Origin: a virus
Taxonomy: Duplodnaviria > Caudoviricetes
IMG/VR virus record: IMGVR_UViG_3300045932_000268
Coordinates: 1 to 63,947 of that record
DNA length: 63,947 bases
Strand: one strand, 5' to 3'
In this document: positions 44,828-54,212 of the stretch, in pieces
Layout of the letters: every line of letters begins with the position of its first letter
How positions within the stretch are numbered: position 1 is the stretch's first letter
Notes under the pieces: generated by a model
Database searches by the model: none
What the model was told of the DNA's origin: nothing
What the model saw: only the letters and a program-made list of their open reading frames with translations
Program-made: the position numbers and the translations under genes

Positions 44828-45451
44828 TCACAGCACCCGGTCGTCGACCCAGCCGCCCGGCACTTGGCGGTAGATGACCAGCCGCCCGTCGTCCAGCAGG
44901 TTCAACTGCCGGGTGCCGTTGATCGACAGCAGCTTATCGGTCGGCAGGGGCTGCGCGCCGCCGCCGCCCGCCTCCCCGGTGCTGCCCTTGAGCGCGACAT
45001 GCGGCTCGTAATAGTTGGTCGTGATGCGCCAGCATCGGATCATGTTCGCGTCGTCGTCAGTGTCGGGGCGCTGCAAGAAGATCTCGACGCAGCCGCCGTC
45101 GTGGCCGAGCGTGTCGTCGTCCTCGCGGTAGAGGATGAGCACCTTCTCCCGCTGCACGTTGCTGCTGTCGACGCGGCCGGCGGACTGCGACCCGTAGATC
45201 GTGTGGGTGCCGGTCACGCCCTGCCGCAGCTTGGTCGGGTCGTCGATGGTCGAAATGAGGCTGACTTCATTCACGCCGCGACTGATGTAGCCGCCGTCCA
45301 AGTACTCGACCTGACCAGTGGTGCTGTAGGGCACGGGCGCGGCGGTCGGCGTGGCCGTCGCCACCGGGAGCGGCAGGGTGCCCTGCCCGACCATCAGGCG
45401 CAGGCCGCGGGCGCCCAGGTCCCGCTTCAAATCCGCGAGTGAATAGGGCAT
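44828..45451 (-). CDS. Hypothetical protein with C-terminal B-lectin-like motif
   Basis: GGGAGG SD; LNLLDDGRLVIY resembles QxDxNxVxY. Confidence 0.55.
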   Translation of the reverse strand: MPYSLADLKRDLGARGLRLMVGQGTLPLPVATATPTAAPVPYSTTGQVEYLDGGYISRGVNEVSLISTIDDPTKLRQGVTGTHTIYGSQSAGRVDSSNVQREKVLILYREDDDTLGHDGGCVEIFLQRPDTDDDANMIRCWRITTNYYEPHVALKGSTGEAGGGGAQPLPTDKLLSINGTRQLNLLDDGRLVIYRQVPGGWVDDRVL

Positions 45452-45470
45452 CGCTGTCCTCCCGTTCCGT

Positions 45471-47273
45471 TTACGCCGCGACCGCCGCCCCGCTCTGTTC
45501 GAGCACGACGGTTCGCCCGCCGTGTTGCCCCAGCCGGTAGGCAATCACCCCCGGCGTCTTCGGCAACGGCGTCCCGGCTTCGCGCGTCCCGAGCACGATC
45601 ACCTGTTCGAGCGGCGACTGCAGCACCATCTGGGTCACGATCCCCCGGTTGGCCACGTCGAGCATGTCGAGCTCGTCGATGACGGCGAAGTGGAGGCCCG
45701 ACAGGGTGGCAATGGCCAACTGCACCGCAATCCCGATCCGGAACTGCTCGGAGCGCGAATAGGTTTCGACCGGCCGGTCATTGACCACCACGCCCCACGG
45801 GTCGAGCACGAACCGCACGGTCCAGCCGAACTGGCTCGTCGACAGGTTGACCAGGGTTTCAAACCGCCCGATCGCCTCCTGCAGCGCCTGCACGCGCACG
45901 CCGTTCGGCCCGAGGGTCGTGCACAGCGTTTCGAGCCGCTCGACCTCCTGCCGCCGCTCGCTGCGCTGGCGCTCCTGCTCCTCGTAGGCGGCGACCGCCG
46001 TCCAGTGCGCCTGCGCCTGCCGCAGGATCGTCTCGCCCTTCTGAATGCGAGACCGCAAGGTGGCAATCTGCGCATCCTGGGCGCTCGTGTCGGGCAAGGT
46101 GGCGAGCTCGGCTTCGACGGCGGCGAGGTCCGCCTGGCGGCGGGTGTCCCCCTGCTGCCACGCCTGCAGTGCCGCCAATTGCTGCGTCTGCTGGGCGAGC
46201 ATCTGCCGCACGGCCGTCAACGGGGACGCCGGGGACGCCGGCACCGCGTCGTCGGCCCGCAGACTGATCTCCGCTTTGATCTGCTTCGCCGCCTGCTTGA
46301 ACTCGGTTGCCGGCGTCTTGCATGGCACGCTGGGATCCAGCACACACCCCTTGGGCGGCTTGTGCGCCGCCAGGGCCTCGGCCCGGTGCCGCAGCAGCAT
46401 GACCGGCTGCGCCGTGTCGCCCGCCGGCGCGGGGGGCAAGGCGTCCCCCGCTTCCGTCTCCATGATCGCCAGCCGCTCCTCGAGGTCCCCGATCTGGACG
46501 ATCAACTCGTCCTCGCCGCGGGGCGTCGGCCGCGGCGCGGCCCCCCGCAGGCTCTCCCGCCGGGACTCGAGCAGCCCCCGCCGGCCGGTGGTTTCCCCGA
46601 TGGCGGTGCGCGCGGCCTCCATCTGCGCCCGCAGCTTCCGCAACTGTTCGTCGACGGCGGCGACGGTGGGCTGGGGCTCCTCCGAGGGCTTCTGCGCCGT
46701 GCCGAGCGCCGCCAGCACCTTCTTGGCGATCTTCCGGTCCTCGAAGGCCTGCTGATAGAGGCTATCGAGCTCCGTCAGGGAGTAGGTCGGGCTGTCCGGC
46801 GCCTCGCCCAAGGTAATGTGAACGTTGAGCAGCCCCAGCACCAGTGCCTTGGCGTCGGCATGGTGCAGGTCGAGGAACGCCCGCGTGTCGAGCACCGCGT
46901 CCAGTAGCCCCGCCTGCGTGCCCAGCTTGGCGTACAGCGCGAGTTGTTGCGTCTGGCTAGTGCCGGTGAACCCGGCCACCGTGAGGCCCCCAGAGCCGTT
47001 GGTGGCGCTCCTGGCGACCCGTCCCACTCCGGCCACCGTCGCCGCCGCTTCGACGGCGGACGATCCCGGTGGGACCAGCACCTCGGTGCCGTGGCCCTTG
47101 CCGTCGAGCCCCTGGCAGCGCCCGGTCAGGATCCACTTGAGCGCCTCCCGGATGGTGGTCTTGCCCGTCCCGTTCACGCCCGCCACGAGCACCCGGCTCG
47201 CCGGCAGGGCCAAGCTCACGTTGACGAACGAGCGAAAGGCCGTCAGGTCGAGTGATTCGATCCGCACCGTCAT
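45471..47273 (-). CDS. SbcC/Rad50-like SMC ATPase
   Basis: AFRSF, GVNGTGKT, coiled coil with a central Cys pair, YSRSEQ, VIDELDMLD. Confidence 0.85.
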   Translation of the reverse strand: MTVRIESLDLTAFRSFVNVSLALPASRVLVAGVNGTGKTTIREALKWILTGRCQGLDGKGHGTEVLVPPGSSAVEAAATVAGVGRVARSATNGSGGLTVAGFTGTSQTQQLALYAKLGTQAGLLDAVLDTRAFLDLHHADAKALVLGLLNVHITLGEAPDSPTYSLTELDSLYQQAFEDRKIAKKVLAALGTAQKPSEEPQPTVAAVDEQLRKLRAQMEAARTAIGETTGRRGLLESRRESLRGAAPRPTPRGEDELIVQIGDLEERLAIMETEAGDALPPAPAGDTAQPVMLLRHRAEALAAHKPPKGCVLDPSVPCKTPATEFKQAAKQIKAEISLRADDAVPASPASPLTAVRQMLAQQTQQLAALQAWQQGDTRRQADLAAVEAELATLPDTSAQDAQIATLRSRIQKGETILRQAQAHWTAVAAYEEQERQRSERRQEVERLETLCTTLGPNGVRVQALQEAIGRFETLVNLSTSQFGWTVRFVLDPWGVVVNDRPVETYSRSEQFRIGIAVQLAIATLSGLHFAVIDELDMLDVANRGIVTQMVLQSPLEQVIVLGTREAGTPLPKTPGVIAYRLGQHGGRTVVLEQSGAAVAA

Positions 47274-47427
47274 CTCCCTTGGTGGCCCAGCCACCGGTTG
47301 TGCTTCCACACCGCCGACATTCCAGATAAATCCCGCCGGGGCTGTAGTGGTGGAGCCACTGATGCCCCGCCCAGCCGCACCAGGTGCGGTGCAGCCGCAC
47401 CGCGTAGTCGAGCATCGTGGCCATGGC

Positions 47428-48558
47428 TCAGGCCTCGTCCTCCTCGTCCTCGCCGCCCGGCTTCTGCGCCGAAAACCGCCACGTTTCCTTTTCCTGCACG
47501 ATGCTGGCGAGGTCGTCCTCGAGCGCCGGAAACTGCTTGAAGAGCGGCGCCAGCGCCGAATGGCTGATCGTCAGCCCGCGCTGCGTGGCCTCGTCGAACG
47601 CCCCGAAGATGCTCCGGCGTTTCAGGATGTCCAGCACCTGATCGATCGGATACCGCCGCTCCACCCGCGGCCGGTTCGCCCAGACGACGCCCTTGATGCT
47701 GATCGGCCCGTGCGAGGCGCAGTAGGTCTTGAGCGCCTTCTTGGCGACCCGCACCATCTGCTCGCCGGCGAGGATCCAGCCCCCGAGCTGCTCGGCGTGC
47801 GCCTGCGTCAGCAACCGCTTCGGCAGGTTCACCGGCTGGTCGACCGCCGGGCAGCGGAGCTCGCAGTAGCCGCAGGCCGGCCCCGGCGTGGCGGGCCACT
47901 CGCCCGAGGTTTCCGCTTCGCTGATCGCCGCCTGCACCGCCGCCACCTGGCGACTGAGCACCGGCAGCATGTCGGGCGTGTAGGGAATGGAGAGCGTCGT
48001 GCCGAGCCGCACGAACGCGAACGTGAAGCGGTACTGCGGAAAGCCGGGCCACTCGATCATGGCGTTCCGCAGATACCACTGCGCCTGAAAGTCCGCCTTG
48101 GCCTGCGCCTCGGTCAGCCCGTGCCAGAAGGTCTTGAAGTCGATGATCTCCAGACAGTCCGGGCGCGCGTAGACCAAGTCCGGCGTGAACGCCTGATCGC
48201 TGCGCTCCTGCCGCTCCTCGGCGGCGAGGAACCACGGCAACTCCAGTTCGAAGTGCTCGGCCCAGCGGTCGAAGAGCTCGCGCACCTCGGTGACGAGCCG
48301 CCCCGGCACGCGCCCGACCGAGGCAATCCCCTCGAGGAAGGCCGTCTCCGCCTCCTCCGCGTCGGCGGGGAGCTGCGCTTCGACCAGCCGCAGGATGTAG
48401 CGGTGCGCGCAGGCATGAAAGGCAATGCCGCGCAGGGCGTAGTCCGACATGTCATCGACGCCCTCGACCCAGATCTTCCGGTAGCGGTACAGACAGTGGC
48501 CGGCCGCCTCGATGGCGGACCGGCGCAGGATCGGGAGCGCGGTGGGGGAGGTCGCCAT
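47428..48558 (-). CDS. PD-(D/E)XK RecB-family exonuclease
   Basis: RGIAFH, PDLV...IIDFKT, Q..WY, CGYC...CP. Confidence 0.85.
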   Translation of the reverse strand: MATSPTALPILRRSAIEAAGHCLYRYRKIWVEGVDDMSDYALRGIAFHACAHRYILRLVEAQLPADAEEAETAFLEGIASVGRVPGRLVTEVRELFDRWAEHFELELPWFLAAEERQERSDQAFTPDLVYARPDCLEIIDFKTFWHGLTEAQAKADFQAQWYLRNAMIEWPGFPQYRFTFAFVRLGTTLSIPYTPDMLPVLSRQVAAVQAAISEAETSGEWPATPGPACGYCELRCPAVDQPVNLPKRLLTQAHAEQLGGWILAGEQMVRVAKKALKTYCASHGPISIKGVVWANRPRVERRYPIDQVLDILKRRSIFGAFDEATQRGLTISHSALAPLFKQFPALEDDLASIVQEKETWRFSAQKPGGEDEEDEA

Positions 48559-48559
48559 G

Positions 48560-49693
48560 TCAGAAGAGGTCTCCGGAATCGGGCACCGTGGCGGCCGGGG
48601 GCACCGTGGGGGCCGGGGCGGGCGCCGGAACGGCCGGCGGCGGCGGAACCGGGGGCGACGGCGTCGGCGGCTCCGGTGAGATCACCGGCACCGGAGTCGA
48701 CTCCGCGACCGGCGTCGGCGGGGCCGTGGCGGGCCCCAGGGTGCCCTTCGCCTTGTCGTTGGTCGGTTTCGCCTTCGCCCGCGGCATCCCGGTCTTCCGC
48801 TTCGCAAACTCGTCCCGGCACCAGTCGAGCAGTTGCGCGGCCCCCGCGGCCGGATCGACGCCGTCGCCACCCAGATACTCGTGCAGCTTGGCAATGCGGA
48901 GCCCCGGCGCCAGGTTCAGCGTCGCAAACGCTTTCTCGATCTGGTCCCGCACCGCCTCCGGCAACGCCTCGAATGCACTCGACGAGGGCGGCGAGCCGAC
49001 CGACACCGACACGCTAGTGTCGAGGTCCATGGCCTCCTCGGCGAGGATCAGCCCGAGCAGCCGGTCGGCGGCCGCGTCGCGCAGCGCAAACCCGCGCGCC
49101 CGCATCTGCAGCATGCGCGACGGGTAGGTGATCCACGGCGTCGGCTGGCCATCCCGGCCCGTCTTGCCCCAGAGCCGGGCGACCTTCGCATCGGCAATCG
49201 AAAACGTGCGCCGGATCTCGTCGGGGAAGCCCTTGCGCTTGACAATGCAGACGGCGGTGTAGGCGTCGGTGTTGGGCTGGCCTTCGAAAAACTCGTGGCA
49301 CCGTTCGAGCACGCCGCCGCCCTGCACCAGCGCCAGCGCCGCATCGCCCCAGATCGCCGGGCGCCCGTTGATGACCGCAATGTTCTGCAGCGCCTGCATC
49401 GGGGAGAGCCCGACATCGGCCCCCATCTGAATCGCGATCACGACGTTGGCCGGCTTGCCCCGGTAGTCCTTGGGCGCGAATTCCGATTCCGCGATCAGCT
49501 TGGCAATCTCCATCGCCTCGCCGAAGGTGTTCGGCAACAGGCTCCAGTTCCGGGGCGCGCGGGTGATCGTACGCATGGGCATCAGCCCTTGGGTGTCGGG
49601 GAGCTCAGGGGTCAGCGTGGGCATTTCCAGTACCTTGGCGCGGTCCTGCATGGGATCCTCCGGGGTCGGCTCAGGGGTCACGGGTTGGCCCAC
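48560..49693 (-). CDS. recT: RecT-like ssDNA annealing protein
   Basis: GLSPMQALQNIAVINGRPAIW...W..YPSRML..RA..FALRD. Confidence 0.8.
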   Translation of the reverse strand: MGQPVTPEPTPEDPMQDRAKVLEMPTLTPELPDTQGLMPMRTITRAPRNWSLLPNTFGEAMEIAKLIAESEFAPKDYRGKPANVVIAIQMGADVGLSPMQALQNIAVINGRPAIWGDAALALVQGGGVLERCHEFFEGQPNTDAYTAVCIVKRKGFPDEIRRTFSIADAKVARLWGKTGRDGQPTPWITYPSRMLQMRARGFALRDAAADRLLGLILAEEAMDLDTSVSVSVGSPPSSSAFEALPEAVRDQIEKAFATLNLAPGLRIAKLHEYLGGDGVDPAAGAAQLLDWCRDEFAKRKTGMPRAKAKPTNDKAKGTLGPATAPPTPVAESTPVPVISPEPPTPSPPVPPPPAVPAPAPAPTVPPAATVPDSGDLF

Positions 49694-50091
49694 TCGTCCT
49701 GGCTCAAGCCGTCGGGCGTCCAGTAGCCGAGGACGCCCACAATGAAGTTCTGCACGAGCGCATCCGGATCGAGGTCCGGGTACTTGCCGTGCAGCGTCGA
49801 GGCGCGGTAGGCATAGCGGGCCGCCAGCCGCAGCAGCCCCGCCAGCTCCTCGCGCGTGTAGGTGCGCGGTTCATCGTCCGCGAACCGGATCTCGACGGTC
49901 TTGTCCGTGCCCAGCCGCAGCCCCATCGGCGGCGGTTCGAACTGCCCGTCGTCCTGGAGCGCCCAGTGATCCGGCGGCAGCGGAAAGGTGCCCAGCATGA
50001 AACTGGAGCCGTCATCGAGCACGGGGCCGCGCTCCTCGACCTGGCCCCCGAGGTCCTTGATCAACTTCTCGACGTCGTCATGGGAGGGCAT
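49678..50091 (-). CDS. Hypothetical protein
   Basis: GAGGTG SD, start MPSHDD. Confidence 0.6.
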   Translation of the reverse strand: MPSHDDVEKLIKDLGGQVEERGPVLDDGSSFMLGTFPLPPDHWALQDDGQFEPPPMGLRLGTDKTVEIRFADDEPRTYTREELAGLLRLAARYAYRASTLHGKYPDLDPDALVQNFIVGVLGYWTPDGLSQDEWANP

Positions 50092-50102
50092 ACGCTCACC
50101 TC

Positions 50103-50753
50103 TCAGAACAGCACGGTCTCCGCGTGCTGCGTCTCCGCCGTCTCCGGCGTGAACCGATCCGGACACGCGGCAATGTCACACCACGCGCATTCCCGTTCAC
50201 TCGGCACGGTCGGCGGCGCCGTGGTCGCCGTCGCCAGCCCGCGAATCAACGTGAAGAGGCGATCCTTGACGGTGGTTGCGGCCTCCTCCTGTGTGACTGG
50301 GACGGTGTGGGTCTTGTAAACCAGCTCGCCCTCGACCAGCAGGCCCGTGCGCTTCCACGCCAGCGGCAGCGCCAGCAGGTAGGTCGCCACCTGCACGAGG
50401 TCCTTGTGATTCGGTTGTCCGGTCTTGCAGTCGACGACCCGGAGCCGCCCCTCTTTGCGCGCCACGATGTCCGGCTTGCCGGCGAGCACCGCCGTCTGCC
50501 CCGTGAGGCGGAAGCCGTTCTGATCCTCGAGGGTGGTCGTCCACCCGTCGGCCTGCAGGGCCTGCGCCGTGGCGCGCACCAGATCGGTGTGCTCCAGTTG
50601 CCACGCGGCGAGGTCCTTGGGCAGCTTGTCGTAGGTGTGGTGCCCCTTGAACCACGCGGCGTAGTGGCACTGGGCTTCGCCGGCGATCAGCGACACCAAC
50701 CAGGTAACCCAAAAATATACGGTGGGACGTGGAGTGGTGCCCATGTCGCTCAC
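50103..50753 (-). CDS. Cas4-like PD-(D/E)XK nuclease
   Basis: GKPDIV...VVDCKTG...QVATY...CAWC....C. Confidence 0.8.
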   Translation of the reverse strand: MSDMGTTPRPTVYFWVTWLVSLIAGEAQCHYAAWFKGHHTYDKLPKDLAAWQLEHTDLVRATAQALQADGWTTTLEDQNGFRLTGQTAVLAGKPDIVARKEGRLRVVDCKTGQPNHKDLVQVATYLLALPLAWKRTGLLVEGELVYKTHTVPVTQEEAATTVKDRLFTLIRGLATATTAPPTVPSERECAWCDIAACPDRFTPETAETQHAETVLF

Positions 50754-50950
50754 CCGTGCACGCGGTGGCGTTCGATCAGCAGCGACGGCACCCGGTCACA
50801 CGCCCAGTGGTCCACCGCCACCTGCTCCCACAGACCCCCGTAACTCGTCATCACGCTCTCGGCCTCGGTCCGGGCCCGCGCCAAGGTGCGGCACGCCCCG
50901 AGCACCACGTCGTTCATCCGGAGCAGAAACACCTCATCGCCCTCGCTCAA
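50750..50950 (-). CDS. Small hypothetical protein
   Basis: Fills the gap with 4-bp overlaps on both sides. Confidence 0.4.
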   Translation of the reverse strand: MSEGDEVFLLRMNDVVLGACRTLARARTEAESVMTSYGGLWEQVAVDHWACDRVPSLLIERHRVHG

Positions 50951-51441
50951 AAGACGTCCACCGCCACGGGCGCCCCCCTCGTGTCGAGGAACGTCACCGC
51001 CAAAGCCAAGGCGGCCCACTGATGGCTCGTGATCCGGTAGAGCGGCCCCGGTGCCTTCTTGGTGCCAATCGCCTGCGCCGTCGTCGGCCCGTAGCGGTCG
51101 ATCAGCGCCTGCCGCACGTTCGCATCGGTTGCCCGGCTGCTGTGACACAGGTGCACCTTGACCGTGCGGCGCGGCAGCCGCTCCGTGTGGTGCGGCCACC
51201 ACGCTTCGACACAGCGGCCCGAGAAGAACACCGTCTCCAGCACTTCCCGGCCCACCGGCATCCCGTAGTGCTCGATCTGCTCCAGCACCAACGGGCCGTC
51301 CGCCAACGGGGCCGCCGTCCGCAGCCACGCCAGCAGCGACTCGTTGGGCAGCAGGTCGTGCCGGATGACCGTCCCCGTCAGGCTCAGGCACACCACGGCG
51401 CTCTGCTCGTAGCCGGGATCCACCGCCGTAATCGCGGGCAC
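50947..51441 (-). CDS. RuvC-like Holliday junction resolvase
   Basis: ITAVDPG, LVLEQ, C-terminal ALALA helix. Confidence 0.7.
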   Translation of the reverse strand: MPAITAVDPGYEQSAVVCLSLTGTVIRHDLLPNESLLAWLRTAAPLADGPLVLEQIEHYGMPVGREVLETVFFSGRCVEAWWPHHTERLPRRTVKVHLCHSSRATDANVRQALIDRYGPTTAQAIGTKKAPGPLYRITSHQWAALALAVTFLDTRGAPVAVDVF

Positions 51442-51444
51442 CCA

Positions 51445-51693
51445 TTACCCCCGGCGCCGCCGGTCCTCCTCAGGCACGACTTCCGCCCGCGACACCGCCG
51501 CCTCGAGGTCCTCTTCCAGAAACCGCAACGACCGCCCCAGCCGATAGGGCCGGATGCCAAGTTTGGGATACGCACAGATGAAGGCGTGGAGCGTCGCGTA
51601 CCCGAGGAACCGCTGCGCCTCGCGCGAATTGAGATACCGCTTGTCGAGGCCCCCGGGCCGCACGGTAAAGCGACTGATCGTGCTTTTCGTCAT
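51445..51693 (-). CDS. Excisionase-like HTH protein
   Basis: YLNSREAQRFLG...YRLGRSLRFLEEDLE. Confidence 0.7.
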   Translation of the reverse strand: MTKSTISRFTVRPGGLDKRYLNSREAQRFLGYATLHAFICAYPKLGIRPYRLGRSLRFLEEDLEAAVSRAEVVPEEDRRRRG

Positions 51694-51905
51694 GGTTGCC
51701 TCTTGCGGCTCGATCGCCGCCGCCGCCCGTGCCGCACGATGAACCGCTGAATCTTGGCGCGGGTCGTGGCGTGCATGGTCGCCTGCGGATAGCGAAAGAG
51801 CCGGAACAAATTGCGCCGGGAAATGCCAATGCGCAGGGCCAAGGCATCGAACGTCCAGTTCTGCGCCAGCCGGATCCGGTGCAGGTCGAACACCTCATGG
51901 TTCAT
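51690..51905 (-). CDS. Cro-like HTH regulator
   Basis: LHRIRLAQNWTFDALALRIGISRRNLFRL; divergent from the repressor. Confidence 0.75.
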   Translation of the reverse strand: MNHEVFDLHRIRLAQNWTFDALALRIGISRRNLFRLFRYPQATMHATTRAKIQRFIVRHGRRRRSSRKRQP

Positions 51906-51932
51906 GGGGAGCCTAGGGTTGTGTCCTGCAGC

Positions 51933-51961
51933 ACAGTAGACCGAACGTGCGGCAGTGTCAA
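51933..51961 (-). promoter_or_regulatory. Lytic promoter for the cro/replication operon
   Basis: TTGACA-17 bp-TACTGT on the minus strand. Confidence 0.65.
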
Positions 51962-52089
51962 GTTGGATTTGGCACTAAATTGCACTCGCCGCACAGTGCC
52001 AGATCGTGCTACCGTGCAGCACCGTCGTTAACATGAGCGTGCGGTAAGAGCAGTAGAGCAGTAGATCAGACAAGGCCAGCGACGTCTCT

Positions 52090-52674
52090 ATGAGTACACC
52101 ACCCACACTCGCGGAGATCATTCGCATGGGCACGTTGAAGTTTGGATCCAAGAGCGCCCTGGCCCAGGCCATGGGCATCAATTCCACGCGCCTGAGTCGA
52201 CTCGCCCGCCACACCGATCAGCATTCCCTCGGTACCGCGAACTGTCTCCGACTCGCCAAACATACCGATCATCCTGCGTCGGACGTGTTGCGCGCCGCCG
52301 GCAAAGCCGACGTCGCCGATCTCATTGAATCGCTCTACGGCGAGGATCGCACGCATGAAAGATCAGCGCACGGTCGTCTCGGGACGCTTCTCACGGACCT
52401 GCGCGCCGAAATGCGCGAGATCGCGTCCGCCACGCTCCTGCTCCAAGTCGAGCTCAGCACTCATCTCCAGCAATTCAACGCCCTCTACGTCAAGGTCGAA
52501 GCCATTACCGACATCATCCGGGAGTACGTCCCCGATGAGCACGACACCGACGACGACGGCGATCACCAGTCAGCCGACCCCGTTTCACCCGATGCGCGCC
52601 GGACGCCAGAGCGATCACCCCGACGAGCGCCGACGGACGTTCGGCGACAAGCTCCACGCACTGGCACTGATTGA
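52090..52674 (+). CDS. CI-like HTH repressor
   Basis: SKSALAQAMGINSTRLSRL...CLRLA...VLRAAG; lies between cro and int. Confidence 0.7.
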   Translation: MSTPPTLAEIIRMGTLKFGSKSALAQAMGINSTRLSRLARHTDQHSLGTANCLRLAKHTDHPASDVLRAAGKADVADLIESLYGEDRTHERSAHGRLGTLLTDLRAEMREIASATLLLQVELSTHLQQFNALYVKVEAITDIIREYVPDEHDTDDDGDHQSADPVSPDARRTPERSPRRAPTDVRRQAPRTGTD

Positions 52675-52817
52675 TCCGACCTGGGTGCGCCAGTTGGAAT
52701 TGCAAGTGGACCGGCGCCTCGCGGAACTGGCGTGCGCCCACGCGCCGATGCTCAAAGCCACGACCTTGCCCTCACGTACGACGTTCTACGCCCCACCAGC
52801 CCGACGGTGACCCACCG

Positions 52818-53936
52818 ATGAGCCTCTTTCAACGTCCGCACAGCCCCTTTTGGTGGATGTACCTGGCCCGGCCCGGCCGCGCCGGCCTGCGCAAGAGCAC
52901 CGGCGTGCGCATCGACGCCGCCACGCCCGGCCAGCGCCGCGATCAGAAACTGCTCGCCCAGCAGATCTGCGACACCGAACAAGCCACACTCGCCGCCACG
53001 CAGTACCAGGAGCTCGCCACCCGCAAGCCGGTGATCACGTTCGCGGAGTACGCCGAGTGGTACACCGCGCATGTGATCCCGACCCACGCCCGCCGCGGGC
53101 AGGCCAAGGATCGATCCCGGCTCCGCGTGCTCGTCGCCTATTTCACGGACACCCCGCTGCATCTGATCGATGCGGCGGGGACGCAGGAATTCATCACGTG
53201 GCGGCGGCAGCAGGGCCTCTCCAACAATTCGATCAACCGGGAGCTCGATGACCTCAAGGTGCTGCTCACGCGGGCCGTGCCCATGTATCTGGCGGCGAGT
53301 CCGCTCGTCGGCTTCCGCCGGCTGCGCCCGCAGGAGTTCGAGGCGCGGGTGCTGACCCGGGAGGAATTCGATCGCCTGCTGGCGGCGTGCGCCACGACCG
53401 AAGAGGTGGCGCTGCTCGAGACGGCGGTCAATACCTTGCTGCGGCTCAGTAGTCTCGTCACGCTGAAACCCGAGCATGACAAGCGCACCTACTTCGTGAC
53501 GCTCAACGCCAAGGTCCGCCAGGCCGGGGCGCCGATTCCGCCGGTGCTGCGCGAGGCGCTCGACGCCATGCCGCCGCCGACCGGGCCGTATCTCTTCTTC
53601 AATCACATCGGGCGCCGCGGTGGCGGTGAGACAGCCCGCGAGAACGCCATCATCCGCTGGTTTGCGAAACTCTGCGCTAAGGCGTCCGTGCCGCACGGCC
53701 GTCACGTCGAGGGGGTCACCTTCCACGGACTGCGCCACACCGGGGCCACGTGGGCGCTGCGGCGGGGCACCCCGCTACCGGACGTCCTCAAGCTCGGCGG
53801 CTGGCGCACCGTGCCGCAATGCCTCCGCTATGCGGCCCACACGAATGTCGCCGCCGTCCACGCAGCGGCGGCCAACATCCGGGGCACGCACCCGCGCCTG
53901 CTGAAACTGCAGGAGCGTCGTCGAGGGTCCCGATGA
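52818..53936 (+). CDS. int: Tyrosine integrase
   Basis: SINREL..LK, TLLRLSSL, TFHGLRHTGATW, LGGW, LRYA. Confidence 0.92.
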   Translation: MSLFQRPHSPFWWMYLARPGRAGLRKSTGVRIDAATPGQRRDQKLLAQQICDTEQATLAATQYQELATRKPVITFAEYAEWYTAHVIPTHARRGQAKDRSRLRVLVAYFTDTPLHLIDAAGTQEFITWRRQQGLSNNSINRELDDLKVLLTRAVPMYLAASPLVGFRRLRPQEFEARVLTREEFDRLLAACATTEEVALLETAVNTLLRLSSLVTLKPEHDKRTYFVTLNAKVRQAGAPIPPVLREALDAMPPPTGPYLFFNHIGRRGGGETARENAIIRWFAKLCAKASVPHGRHVEGVTFHGLRHTGATWALRRGTPLPDVLKLGGWRTVPQCLRYAAHTNVAAVHAAAANIRGTHPRLLKLQERRRGSR

Positions 53937-54190
53937 CGCGACGCAGCAGACAGCCCAAGACTCCGCCCAAGGAACACACCACCATTGGAACACTCCACGA
54001 ACTGGCGCTCATCCTGTTGGAAAAGTTCGACCTCGACGATACAGATCCGGTCGTCCTCAACGGCATCGAAAAGATGCTGTCTGATCTCTTGCGGACAAGA
54101 AAAGACTTCGAATTCGGCAAGGAAGACATATGGTGTCTCATTGACGTCTACGTTGCCCGTGAACGAGGAATGAAGCCACCGGTCCAGTGA
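53933..54190 (+). CDS. Hypothetical protein
   Basis: ATGA overlap with int. Confidence 0.55.
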   Translation: MTRRSRQPKTPPKEHTTIGTLHELALILLEKFDLDDTDPVVLNGIEKMLSDLLRTRKDFEFGKEDIWCLIDVYVARERGMKPPVQ

Positions 54191-54212
54191 TCGACACCTC
54201 ACGACGCACAGG

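Noticed and set aside
50103-50753. cas4 as evidence of a CRISPR-Cas system
   Set aside because: A solo Cas4-like nuclease in a recombination operon is common in phages; no cas1, cas2 or array.
52535-52810. ORF overlapping the repressor 3' end
   Set aside because: It could be a real small gene before int, but the start and coding status cannot be supported from sequence alone.
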